Of a stretch of 64,000 nt of DNA, positions 50,301-62,822 are shown in pieces (within the stretch, counting starts at the first letter, position 1; each line of letters starts with the position of its first letter). Below the pieces are notes generated by a model. It had not been told where the DNA came from, did no database searches, and saw nothing but the letters and a program-made list of their open reading frames with translations. Both the position numbers and the translations under genes were made by a program. This DNA is from Convolutriloba macropyga (taxonomy: Eukaryota), in assembly GCF_964194025.1 (NCBI RefSeq), contig NC_134473.1:53568001-53632000 (forward strand). The letters run 5' to 3'.

Positions 50301-53300
50301 GCGCTAGATTGGAGATGCATCAGAAATCCCATAAAAGTTTTACATTTGAAATTTAGGACGCACAATCAAAGTATGGTTGCCTAAACTGATAGACGCAAGT
50401 TCTTTGAATAGAATGGAGTCACTGAAGTTAAAAAGCGCAAAAAACATACAGAGCATCGGATAAATCGGTTTTCTGTTGAAGTATCTTGCAAAGTATAAAT
50501 CAAAATTTTTATTTTGATGTATGAATGATGCTAAATGGTGATTTCTGATAATGCAGTTTCTGTATCAATATTTCCTCAGGAAATGAATAAGCTCCATAAA
50601 GATAATTATCAAATAAACATAAAAAGACAAATTTGGAGCGTTGATGTGAACAAATTATAATAATTAATGATATTTGTTTTATTTAACAGAAGGGCTTTCA
50701 TAAGCCTATCAATTTCCACTTTACGCATACGGGTTGTAAAAATACAGTTTGAAAGAGCTGCAATAGAGTTACTTTAGGCTGAGTTCCAATCATCAAAAAT
50801 TTTCTAGAAGTATTCCTTAACTTATTTTAGACGAAAATTGTGTGCTTGAGGTATCAGAGGGCAGTTGCTCATCATTTGTGAGTTTGATTGCAAAAAAAAT
50901 ACAAATATTTAGGTTGATGGCTTTCCCAAACTTTTTCTGGAACTTTTACGCAAAGTCGTCTAAAAATTCTTCCAAGGTTTTGCCTAGTATTTTCATTTTA
51001 GAAAATGTTGTTTCTTTTTTTCTTCAAAAATTGTGACTAGGTGTCAAAACAAGTATAAAAATATTAAATGTGTACCGCCACTTTTGCAAGAGAATCATTT
51101 ATTTGCAAGTTCGTCGCTTAATTGAGGTTTTTCGCTTATTTGCAAATTTTATCTTAAAACGTCGTTTTTTTAAAACGGGTCTTAGAGTTGTCGAAAGCTA
51201 ACGAAAAGGAATTTAGGAGTCCCATTTTTTGTGTGCATTCTAGTGCAAAAACAATTTTTGGTTTAGCTTGTATAGAAAAAATGTCTGTTCATAAAATATT
51301 GGTATAGAAAACTAGAATTAGACCCCAAAGACGTTTCCGATGCCTTATAGGCTTTCCCCAATTTTTCTCACTCCGTGTGTTTGTTTGTGTGTGTTTTATG
51401 TCGGTGTGTAGTTGTTAGATATTGTTTCATGAGTGTTTTTTGATGTTGGGCTTTGTATTATATTTTTCATCAGCTTCTTCACAGGTAAATTTTTCATTTG
51501 TTTCTTAAAGGACACACTGGGGTCAGGAGTTGGTCTGTATGACCAAATCTGATCCACAAAACCTATTGTCTTGCTGTTTCATACTATTTCGATTTGTTTC
51601 TGGTGCAGTTGATTTATATTTATACATACAGGTAACTCAAAACTCAGGTTAGAAGTACCCATGAATCGCAAAAAGCACCATTTATTTTTGTTTTTGAAAC
51701 CATGAAAAGAATTTGGTTTGATGCAAGTTTGTATGTGAAAGGAATTTGGATCGTCACAGGTTTGTATATGAACAATTTGGCTGGATGGAGTTTTGAATGA
51801 AAAGAATTTGGATGGAACTATGAAGAGAATTAATCTAGGCTTTAACTAGGGTCCTCGACCGTGTAATTTAATTCAATATTTACCCCCACCTGAAATTATT
51901 ATGTCTTTTCATAAATTCCAGGTCTCGACTGAACATTAATTGTGCTAAGATCTCTGCAACTCTTGGGACTGGAGCCTTTGTGTCTTGGTCAAGGCACTTC
52001 ATATTATTTTCAAACCACCTGTGTTTATGCCCATTTAAATTTGAACCCATAGGGCCAATTGCCCGGAACAATTCTGTAAACACGCTTAGTTTCTCGCATT
52101 TGTACGTGGTTTTCAGGTCAAGGACGCTGGGAAAAATTTTCCTCAGAAATCAAAATATATGCTGTCTGCTGAGATACATTGTTGAGAGTTACACTGTCAA
52201 TCCAAGTTAAGGGCGACCAAAATAGATTCAATAAATATAAATTATGCATTAAGAGATCACTATGAACAAAGATTGCGTTTAGTTTCAGATATCTACGCAA
52301 TCCTTAAGTTTGTGCAGCACAGCAGATATTGTCGATTTTCATTTATTCTTATCATCCGAAAGCCATAAAGAAAGACAAAACAGAATTAGGATAATACAAA
52401 TAGTAAACAGCTGATCAAATTATAACAATTAATATTTCTTTTTTAACAAAAGGGCTTTTAAAAACCTAGCAATTTCCATATTACCTACAAGGATTTTTCA
52501 AATACACTTTCAAATAAGCTCCATTAGAGTTACTCGAGGCTCAACTCGAGTTATCAGAAAACTTTCAGAAGTATTCCTTAACTTATTTTATACAAAAATT
52601 TTTGTGCTTTAGAAATCAGAATAAAGTTGCTCACTAACTGTGAGTTTGATTGCAAAACAAATAAAAAATTTCAGTCGGATGGCTTTCCCAAAATTTATCC
52701 AAAACCTTTGAAAATATGGCATCTAAAATTTTTTCCAAGGGTTTTACTTAGTACTTTTTCGTATTTTAAACAATGTTGTTTCTTATTTTCTGCAAGAAAT
52801 TTTGATTAGGTGTCAAAGCAAGTATAGGAATATAAACCGTGTTCAGTTAGTTTTTGCAAGAGAATCCTTCTTGCTAGAGCTGCAGCTGAACTCTACACGC
52901 GCTGTTCTTAAGCAGTAAACATCAAAACTTGTTAGCTGTTTTAAAAACGACTTGATCAACAACGTAGACAGAACCTGAAAAGTTCAAAAAAGCCATTTTT
53001 AACTTTTTTTCATGCTTGACATCAAGAAAAGCCTTCAAAGTTTTTGTTAGTCAGTAGAATTTGAATAAACTTTTACATAAAGGTTATCAGAAGATGCAAA
53101 CCATGAAACATGGTATTTGAGATCAAAAGATTGCGTTAGATTGCTCGCTGTATCAGAAACCCCGAATAAGTTTTACATTTGATATTTAGGACGCGCAATC
53201 AAAAAAATCCAGAAGTATTTCTTAACTTATTTTAGACGAAAATTGTATGCTTTAGGTATCAGATTGCAGTTCCTCTTTAATTGTGAGCTGATTGCAAAAC

Positions 53301-54720
53301 AAATATAAAAATTTAAAAAGATGGCTTTCCCAAATTCTTTCTCCACAAACTATAACACGAAGGCCAATAAAAATTTTCCCGAGGGCTTGTTTAGTAGTTA
53401 TTTTTTTCCCAATTTTAACAATGTTGGTTCCTATATTCTGCAAGAAATCCTGACTAGGTGTCAATGCAAATACAAAAATATAAATAGCTCACAATTTGTT
53501 TCTTGCAAGAAAAAATTTTTAACTTAGAGCTGCAGTAGAGCTCTATTAGCGTTGCTCATGAGCAGCCAAATTCAAAGATTGTTAGTTATTTTGAAAAACC
53601 ATTTGGTCAGTAATGCAAGCAGAACCCTCAAAATTGTTCATTTTTTATTTTCTGAATAATTGACCTACAAAAAAAGCATTATAAGCATTATTGCAGGATT
53701 ATTTTATGGAAGGTTTCCATTTTTGCAACTCTTGTTTCTGTTTTTTGTGTTATGTGGAGGAACACATTTTCTAAGCCACAAAATGTTAACAATCTCATAC
53801 TTAACGCTACCAAAGGTGGCAACCATGAATTATGGAAATTGAGACCAAAAACATGCGTTAGTTCGGATATGTTTGCTGCATCAGAAACCCTATAAAAGTT
53901 TCCTCTCTGGTAATTGGGACGCCCATTTGACGTAGTGTTTGTCTAAACTGACAGACACACGTCTTTTGCATAGAATTTTATCATTGAAATGAAAAAAGGA
54001 TCAAAAAATGACAAGCTTACTCTTTTTCATGTCTTAAATTTTAAATATCTGTGATAGACCAAATAAATTTAGATATTGTTATTGGGCTTTTAATGCCATA
54101 CACCGCATCGGTTAAATTGGTTTTTATTGGAGTATCCTGCGAAGGAGGTTTTGATTCCTGGCACTCTTCAGCAAAAATCAGCGCTTACTCAAGAAGGGCA
54201 AGTACTATCGTCTCTTCATAATGAAATTAGTTGCGTGAAATTGCCAACATAATATATGGAGTCCTCTTTCTCCATGTTAACTCACAAAACGCAATTCAGT
54301 GCAATTATGGAAATGATGTATGAAGTCCTTTTTGTCCATTATAACTCAAAAAACGCAAAAAGTGAAATTTAATCCTGGGATGCCACATGGAAGCGTTTTG
54401 TCTCCTTAAAACATTATTCTAAAGTCGAACAATTGACGGGCAAACGCGTCTTTCAGTGCCTTTATCCTTTGTTGTTCTTTACGCCCTATTTAAATGATGA
54501 AAGCTTCAAAATGTGATTGTCTGGTGTCTCCTCACCAATAATTAAACGTTACCAAAGAAATGTCAACCATGAAATATGTTTGCTTTCCATTAGGGACGCC
54601 CCAACGAAGTATTTATTAACTAAACAGATAGGATAGACATATGTTTTTGAACAGAATAATGTAACTGAAGTAAAAAAGATTTTCAAAAGAGATACACTTC
54701 CACATTCTCCATGTTTTTTA
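47400..54720. repeat. Degenerate long-period (~1 kb) repeat family, continuing at 59440-61900
   Basis: Recurrent anchors: ggagcgttgatctgatcaaatta (~48620, 49610, 50635, 60183) and atcagaaaccc (~49207, 50319, 53152, 53880, 61007). 47560-47890 is almost identical to 52078-52400. Confidence 0.85.
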
Positions 54721-54992
54721 GTTTCAATATCTATGACAGCCCAGATCTACTATAATAATAATAATAAAAATAATAATAATAATGAATTTTTCAGAATGAT
54801 CAAATACAGACATTATACAAAACAACTTCTTTCGTAACAACAAATTGTGATCATTCGAGAGAGAGCACCAAAAAGGCCGTTGGCCTGTCAAGTTGTGCCT
54901 CCAGAGCAAAATATGAACTAGCTAGTGTAAAGACTGACTGCATATTCAAGTTTTAATATATATAGGAATTGTCAACTAAGCCTATTTTTTTT

Positions 54993-57830
54993 TCACCAAA
55001 ATTCATTCAATAATTCTTTATTTAGTAAAATATAATTATCTCGAAACATATGTAAGAAACATTCCGTTCCTTCTGTTTTTAAATTTACAATTTCTTGAAT
55101 AAATGAAAAATCAAGTCTTGCGATTATGTTGAAAAGATTTCTTACACGTTCAGTTATTGATTTTTTTACATGTGTAGTGTTTTTGTTTATTGTTTTCAAT
55201 TTCTTAATTCTATGTTCTGTTGAAAGTACTGCATTTAATTCGTTATCCGATATTATTCGCGTTCTTAATTTTTTTGCTTCTGACATACTTATGTTTTTTA
55301 CAAGTTGTTTCAATAGCTCATATACATGGAGCTCAAAAACTGAGAAGATTTTGAAGTTCTGACTAATTTCTGACAAATTAACCCCCTTTTTTAATGAGTA
55401 AATTAACCGTAATATCCTGTTTTGTGCCCAATCAATTTTCTTAAGATCTGTCTTGTTGCCACAGCCGTAAACTAAGACACCATATTGCACAATGGGCTGG
55501 ACATAAGTTTTATACAACTTCACAAGTGATGGTCGTCGAAAAAATTTTTTGAATTGGAACATAGCGGCTGATACTTGAGTTAATTTGATCTTAACTTGTT
55601 TAATGTGTTCCTTAAAGTTTAGCTGGTTGTCTAAATAAACCCATAAATTTTTCAAATTTTCACTAATCTTCAATTTGTGGTTAAGTATTTCTAGATGATC
55701 ACATGTGTTCTTTTCATTGGTCATCATTAAAGATGATTTTTCATCATTAATTGTTAATTTGTTTGCTGTCATCCATTCAAAAACTCTTGTTAGGCAATTT
55801 TTGTAGTTTTCGTTTCCATTTTTTAGCGATCCATAAATGTTAGTGTCATCAGCAAATAAGGTTACTTTGTTATCATTGCAAACTGATGGAAGGTCGTTAA
55901 TATATATCAAAAACAGTAGAGGACCCAGTACTGAGCCTTGTGGGACGCCACAGTTTACCAGTAGTTTATCCGATTTCTTATTTCCAATTTCAACATATTG
56001 TTTCCTATCTTCTAGAAAAGACTTCAAAATGTTGTGAGCAGGTCCGCGCAATCCATATTTGTATCATTTGGTTAGTAGGTAACTGTGATTCACTGTATCA
56101 AAAGCCTTTGTCAGATCAATGAAAGCACAGCACGTCGGTTCTTGTTTATTCATGTTATTCCTTAAATATTCAACAACTTCCATTACAGCATCAATTGTAC
56201 TTTTCTTTGATTGAAACCCAAATTTTTCTTTTGATAAAACGTCATATTTTATAAGAAAACCAATAAATCTTCTGTATAATATTTTTTCAAGAACTTTCCC
56301 GAAGACAATAGTGATATAGGTCTATAGTTCGATGGATCCAATTTGTTGCCTTTGGTTTTGTAGAGAGGGAAAACTTTTGCTACTTTTAAGCATTTTGGAA
56401 AATATTGCTGTTGTAAGCATCTGTGGAATAAAATTGTTAGTGGTTCACAAACTGCATGATTTACTGACGTTAGGAGAACATTACTTAATTTGTAGCAATC
56501 AGTTGATTTTTTGCTTTTCAAATTTTTAATGATATTGAAAACTTCTGTGCTTGACGTCTTTTCGAGAACTATACTGCTTTGAATGGGTTTCACTGTCTTC
56601 AGGTAATCAACTTCTTTGTGACGTTTTTCTAATTCTCTGCCAATAGTAACAAAAAAATAATTCAACTTATCCACATCAACCTGGCAAATATGGTTTTGTT
56701 TTTCTTCTTTGATATCTTTTACTAAGGTAGAAAAGTGTTTTCGAGTTTTTCTGACTGCTTACTTTTTGCTCAAAAATGTTTGTTTTATGCAACCTGCATA
56801 GAGCTTTAAGTCTATTACTCAGCACACGATGTTGTTCTTTCACTTCCGCTCTGCCTGTTGCAATGTATTTCTGCCAAAATTTACGTTTCTTTGTAGCTAA
56901 ATTCTTCACATGATTGTTGACCCATTGTTTATCCCTTTTAAAATTGTTAGTGGTTACTTCCTTAGCGGGAATAATTCTTTCTTTCGCTTCATAAACAATT
57001 TCTTGAATTAAAGAAAAACACTCATCAATTGCTACAGATTCCAAATCATTTTTTATTTTTCTGCAGTTTTTGAAAACTTCAAAATTGACATTTATTCTAA
57101 CTTCTTCGTCAGACAGTTTGTGTAGTTGATTCAAAACGAAGGTTTTTTCTTTATTTACTTCCAAAAACAATTTTTGAGAAGTAAAGATAACAGTATAGTG
57201 GTCAGTTACGTCGCTTTTGATAATTTTAGTTTCACTTTCAATGTTTGAAAAAAACAAGTAAATTGCTGTTTTAGATTGTCTGGTTTCACGAGTACAAAAA
57301 CCCTGATTAAAACAAAGTTCCAGACCTAGTAAACGAAAATAATCGCAAACTTTTTCAGCGTTTCGACTTGATATTAACATGTCTACGTTAAAATCACCAC
57401 AAACTAGGTGTGTATAATCAAGAGTATTTAGATCAGTAAAATGAGTATCTAGTACTTCTACAAAATTATCAATTGCGTAATTGGGTGCCTTATACAGTAC
57501 AGTCACATAAATTCTCTCTTTCTCTGAGTGCAATAGCGTAGTCAAAACTTGTACATGTTTGTTTGTTGTTTTCTTTACTTCGTTACTTTCATACTTATTA
57601 CCAACATAAAGAGCTACACCCCCTCCTCTCGTTTCTCTGTCACATCGAAGCAATTTTCCATACCCATTTAAATTGTATGCATTTGGTGAACAATTTTCTT
57701 TGCACCATGTTTCAGTGAGAGCTATAACAGTAGGTTTGGATTGTACACTTTCAATCAAAACTTCTAGAAGTTCAAAGTTTTTGTGTATCGATCGTACATT
57801 TTGAAGAAAAATTGTAAACTCCATGAGCAT
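54993..57830 (-). pseudogene. LINE ORF2 (APE + RT) split by frameshifts near 56675 and 56250-56300
   Basis: QNVRSI, IALTETW, RGGGVALYV, LYKAP, CGDFNVD, TDHY; SNYRPISLL, FIDLTKAFDTVNH, GVPQGSVLGPLLF, LFADDT. Confidence 0.95.
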
Positions 57831-58447
57831 TAAGAATCTTCGCGCGCTGAGATTTGATGAAGATTTACGTTCTTCAATTTTTAAGGTTTGTTAAATCTGG
57901 TTATTTCTTTTTTTTTGAAAAAAAAAAATGCTAGCAGACTGCGGAAGTCGCAGTAGCTGTTTATAGTAACTGATTTGAATAAGGGTTTGCCGTTCTGGAT
58001 TCTCGCGAAAGTCGCAAGACTTAATGGACTGGCTTTCAGTTTTTTCTAACGAGCAAAAGAAAGAACATTTTCCGCGGAAGTCGCAGTATTTGTTTTTTTA
58101 CCTATGAATCCGTCTTCTACCAAACAAAATCACAGACAGATAAAAGTTAAAAATTATCCAGTTTAATTGCAAGTGTTTTTTATGCCTAGCTCAATTGAAT
58201 GTCCAACTAACAAAAAATAGTATGAAATATGAGGTTATCTTTTTTTACCTTTTCCTAAATTTTCATATTTTGCTCCGAGACAACAGAAAATATTTAGTTC
58301 TATAGAATTTATATGATTCATCAAACGAAAAGTTTAGGATTACACAACTCAGTAACACGAGGACAACAATTAAAGCTAGCATCAATTATATGTTAACACA
58401 AGGCAAACATTGTATAAACATTTACTCAGCACCCAATTTTTCTCCCA

Positions 58448-59239
58448 TCATTTTTTTTGCTCAGGTGACAAGGACGCATATAGTCTTAATACTCGTTCCT
58501 CATCAGTCAATATTTCTCGATGCATGCGTTTATGAGTGTTTTTTAGTGCAATTGCATTTGCGCCTGTTCTATCCCTATTTGCCATGACAGGATTTTGCAG
58601 CTTTACGAGATCAATTGCATCATTTACTTTCACGTACTTGTTATTTCCATTAGTGCCTTTACATAAAACTGAAACCTGACAGTTGTTAGTCACAGTAATT
58701 AAGTTTTTATTCTCAACAAGTTTCTTGATAAACATAACCAATGGTGGCAATCGCTCTTTCATCCATATGTTTTTTCCATTTAGGTCGTTTTTCAGAGTTT
58801 TGAGCTTTCTTCTGTTTTTGTAAATTTCAATCTTGTCATTGAAATGCACAAATTTTACAATGATTGATGGCATCAGATTGTTTAGCAAAGGTCCTGGTCC
58901 CGGTAGAATATGAAAAGCCTTTAATCGGCTTTCAGTTATTTGTACGTCATCTTTTTTGTATAGTCGGTTCAAAAAAACCAACAGTTCCTTGAGAAAACTA
59001 TCCGGATTTCGCGCATCAAAGGGTGGGTTATCAATTATAATTGAATCCTTGCTCAGATACCTTTCTTGATGCCTTAACCTGACATCAATTGCAGAAATGA
59101 AGTGCCAAACTTCAGCTAGTTGCTTGTTGGTTTCTTCTTTTTGAGCCCTAACCATCTCCACAACTGTCCTGATAGCAGCCCTCGTTGATTCCTCAGGTAT
59201 TTGGTTGATAACGTTTTCAATGTTGACATCCATTATCAA
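58448..59239 (-). CDS. LINE ORF1 (coiled coil + RRM/CTD-like nucleic-acid-binding protein)
   Basis: 263-aa ORF upstream of ORF2. A coiled coil is followed by QERYLSKDSIIIDNPP, AFHILP, SIIVKFV and NIWMKERL, the usual ORF1 motif order. Confidence 0.8.
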   Translation of the reverse strand: MIMDVNIENVINQIPEESTRAAIRTVVEMVRAQKEETNKQLAEVWHFISAIDVRLRHQERYLSKDSIIIDNPPFDARNPDSFLKELLVFLNRLYKKDDVQITESRLKAFHILPGPGPLLNNLMPSIIVKFVHFNDKIEIYKNRRKLKTLKNDLNGKNIWMKERLPPLVMFIKKLVENKNLITVTNNCQVSVLCKGTNGNNKYVKVNDAIDLVKLQNPVMANRDRTGANAIALKNTHKRMHREILTDEERVLRLYASLSPEQKK

Positions 59240-59439
59240 TTAACACAACAATATTTGATCCTAAATGAAAGATAAAGTTCGAAAAAAAAACGTAAGCTGT
59301 AATGTTTTAAATAGAGAATGTTTGAAGCGCAACGAAGTTCTAAAACGTTTAAGCTAAGCGCAACCGCTCATTGAAGGTCATTTATTGTGTTCTGTAAATT
59401 TATACTGTATTTATTGTGTTCTGTAAAACTTATTATAAA

Positions 59440-61900
59440 CGTTATACTGTGCTCTTAACGCCAAATACATTATCGTTTAGAGCCGATTTCGTTCATAGCG
59501 TCCTGGGAACGAATTAAAAAGGGTCTTCACATTTCTTAAAGCAAATCTGGCAATGGTTCACTCACGAACGGCAACAAATATCATCTATTCATAATAAATT
59601 TAGTTGTGTGAAATTATCGAAAGGACAAACGGATTCCTTTTGTCCACGCTAACTCAAAAAACGCAAAAAAGAGATCTTTAACCCCGGGAACGCCATTTAG
59701 AAGCAATTTTCTCCTTAAAATTCTAGTCAATTGTCAAACCTTTATGAGCAAAGGCGCATTTCCGCGCTATCACTCTTTTCTGAACACCCTAATTAAATAA
59801 CGAAAGCTCCGAAATGTGATTTTCTGGTTGCTCCTCCCACTTGGAAGAAAGAAAATTTATCAAATCTACTTTTTGAAATCATCTGCATAATCTGCATAAA
59901 TCGAAATCATCTGCATAAAGAGGGTAAGAAATGATTACATAATGAAAAAAAAAACAAAATAAAATTAGCAGATAATAAGTTAGTTCAAATCCTCTACGCT
60001 AAAATGTTATTTGAATTTGCGTTGGAGATAACCTGTTACATGTCAAAAACCTTTTCTCGGACAAATATAAAGCGAAAAATTCTACAAGACCCGGCGGCCT
60101 AAATTTTAGTATTTTAATGCGTCTAAGGATTGAATTTGTCCCATTGTGACAAAAAATTCATAAATAATGAAAATACATTTTCGGAACGTTGATCTGAACA
60201 AATTATAAAAATTACTGGTGTTTAATATATTTAACAAAAGGCTTTTACCCATACGGATTTTATATAAACAGAATGGTAGAACTCCAAAGGAATCACTCGG
60301 CGACCTGCCTTCTTAGTGAGAACTAAGTACATATTAAATTTAATTTCAAGGGAGCCTAAGGCAATTAGAGAAGAGCTGCGACCGCTTCCACCAGAGCAAG
60401 ACCTCGCATCATTAAAAAATTGCAGATATATTCGCTAAAATAATTTAGACCCAAATACTGTACTCTAGTTATCAGATTACGGTTGCGAATTAATTGAGAG
60501 TTTGTTTGCAAAACAGTTATAAAACTTTTCCATAAGTTTTTAAACAAACGTTTTTCCGAGATTTTGCTTAGTAATTGTTTCATTTATACCATCTTGTCTA
60601 TTAGTTTTTGCACGAAATTTTGATGAGGTGTGAAAACAAGTATGAAGATTTCAGCTCTGCGGCTCAGCACTACTAGCGCTTCTCATGAGCAGCAAAAATT
60701 GTTAGTTATTTTAAAAACCACTTAATCGGTAACGCAGACAGAACTTGAAACCCGCAAAACTGATAATTCTATCCTTTGCGCATAGATGACGATCAATAAA
60801 AGCTTTAATAGCATTATTGCAAGATTATTTCATGGAAAGTTGGCATTGTTGAAAGTCCTATTTCCGTTTTTATATGATTTCTGATGCGGTTTTTGTGCGT
60901 CAGTAGAAATTTAGCAATCTTTTACTTAACCGTTATCAAAAGGTGCCAATCATGAAACATGGTAATTATGACCAAATATTTACGTTGGATTGGAGCTGCT
61001 CGTTGTATCAGAAACCCCAAGTAAGTTTTACATTTGAGAAATGGGATGCACAATCGAAGTATTGGTTGCCTAAACTGAGACGCATTTTTTGAAATGGAAC
61101 GGAGTCACTGAGGTTAAACAAATCTCAAAAAAGATATACTTCCCCTTTTTCAATGTTTTAAAATTTTAATATCTGTGATAGCCAAGATATACTATGAAAT
61201 TTTAGTTGTGCCTTTAATGCAATACACAGCTTCGGTTAAATTTGTTTTCTGTTGGATTATATTGCAAAGAAGTTGTTGATTCCTCGCACTTTTCAGCACA
61301 AATCTGGGCATGGTTCACTCAAGAACGGCAGCAACTATCTATTTATAATGAATTTAGTTGTGTGAAATTATCGAAATGATGTGTGAAGTCCTTTTTGTCC
61401 ATGTTAACTCAGAATACGCAAAAAGTGAAATTTAGTCCTGGGATGCCATATGGAAGCGTTTTTTCTTCTTAAAACTCAAATCCAAAATCAAAGACTTGAC
61501 GGGCAAATGCGCCTTTCAGTGCCTTCATCTTTTTTGTATTTTCTTGTACAGCCTTAAAAAACTTTGAAAGGTGCGAAATGTGATTTTCTGGTTGCCCCTC
61601 ACTCGTGCACCAAAGATGATTTATCAAAGCTATATTTTCAAATCAAAATAGATTTTTTATAGAACCAGGAATTATCTGCAAACAGAGGGTAAGGAATAGT
61701 TGCATACTGAACAAAACAAATAAAATTACGAGCGCATAATAAGTTAGTTCAATTTTTTGCACTAAAAAGTTATCGCACCTATTTGAATTAGCGTTGGATA
61801 TAACTTGCTACGTATCAACAACCTATTCTCAGGAGACAAAGTTATAGAAAAGAAATCTACAAGACACGGCCGTTCAATATTTATTTTTTAATGTGTTCTT
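59440..61900. repeat. Continuation of the long-period repeat family
   Basis: 59540-60120 resembles 61310-61890 and 54170-54530; anchors are shared with 48600-53900. Confidence 0.8.
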
Positions 61901-62018
61901 ATGTAAATGTATGCAATTCGCTTCGTTTTTGAGAAAGTTATTTAATCAAATTGAGAGCAGGTTGTTGGAAAAAAGTGAGATTATACGACGAATCTCGCTT
62001 TGTTAGAATAAATCTGGT

Positions 62019-62147
62019 TCAAATTTCCAAATTGATAGCAGTGGTTGCGCGACCAGCCAGCAGACCTCCCGGAGATCCGGATTCTTCGTCAGAGCTCAGG
62101 TGTTCGGCAAGTCTACGGTAGTGGGCCATCTCAGCTGCTATTTCTGT
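62019..62147 (-). CDS. Probable terminal coding exon of a second gene (TEIAAEMAHYRRLAEHLSSDEESGSPGGLLAGRATTAINLEI*)
   Basis: GC-rich island with a strong ttttatctttcag acceptor, an open frame to TGA, and a downstream AATAAA (~61880-61885, minus strand). Phase 0 is assumed. Confidence 0.55.
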   Translation of the reverse strand, partial: TEIAAEMAHYRRLAEHLSSDEESGSPGGLLAGRATTAINLEI

Positions 62148-62617
62148 CTGAAAGATAAAATGTTCTGTTAATCAGTATTAGAAGCTGTTTATATGCAGAT
62201 TAGTTGCATGCTTATTTCGTAACCTCGCCACAGTCTGAAACATCATAGCACTTGGCCGCATATAAAATTTATAAATCTACTCCGTATCGGCCACCCCCGT
62301 GCCGTCTACAGTTGCAGTTACAAATTATGTTTTGTTACATAGCACGATGCTATGTTAGAAACTGCACCTGCGTCTGGTAAAAGTTTTTTAAGCCCACTCC
62401 GGGGGTGTAAACAGATTAGGTTCTCGTCTGGAAAAGCCCTCGAGGGATTAAATGCATGGGTTAAATTAATAGACTATCATGCTTGCCTTTTCTTTGATGA
62501 GCTGTTGTATCTTCTTGTATGCATTGGGAGGCACATTTCGGTTCTGTACTAACTCCTTCAGCTGATATATCTGGAACAAAAAACGACAATATCTCTCAAT
62601 TTTTACTTTTTAAACAG

Positions 62618-62822
62618 NNNNNNNNNNNNNNNNNNNNNNNNNNNNNNNNNNNNNNNNNNNNNNNNNNNNNNNNNNNNNNNNNNNNNNNNNNNNNNNNNNN
62701 NNNNNNNNNNNNNNNNNNNNNNNNNNNNNNNNNNNNNNNNNNNNNNNNNNNNNNNNNNNNNNNNNNNNNNNNNNNNNNNNNNNNNNNNNNNNNNNNNNNN
62801 NNNNNNNNNNNNNNNNNNNNNN
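62618..62822. other. Assembly gap (N run)
   Basis: Direct observation. Confidence 1.

Larger units (their letters stand above)
54752..59380 (-). mobile_element. Near full-length two-ORF LINE (L2/Crack-like) with (ATT)n tail, inserted in the 1-kb repeat array
   Basis: ORF1 at 58448-59239 and ORF2 at 54993-57830; (AAT)n on the + strand at 54752-54783. Confidence 0.92.
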
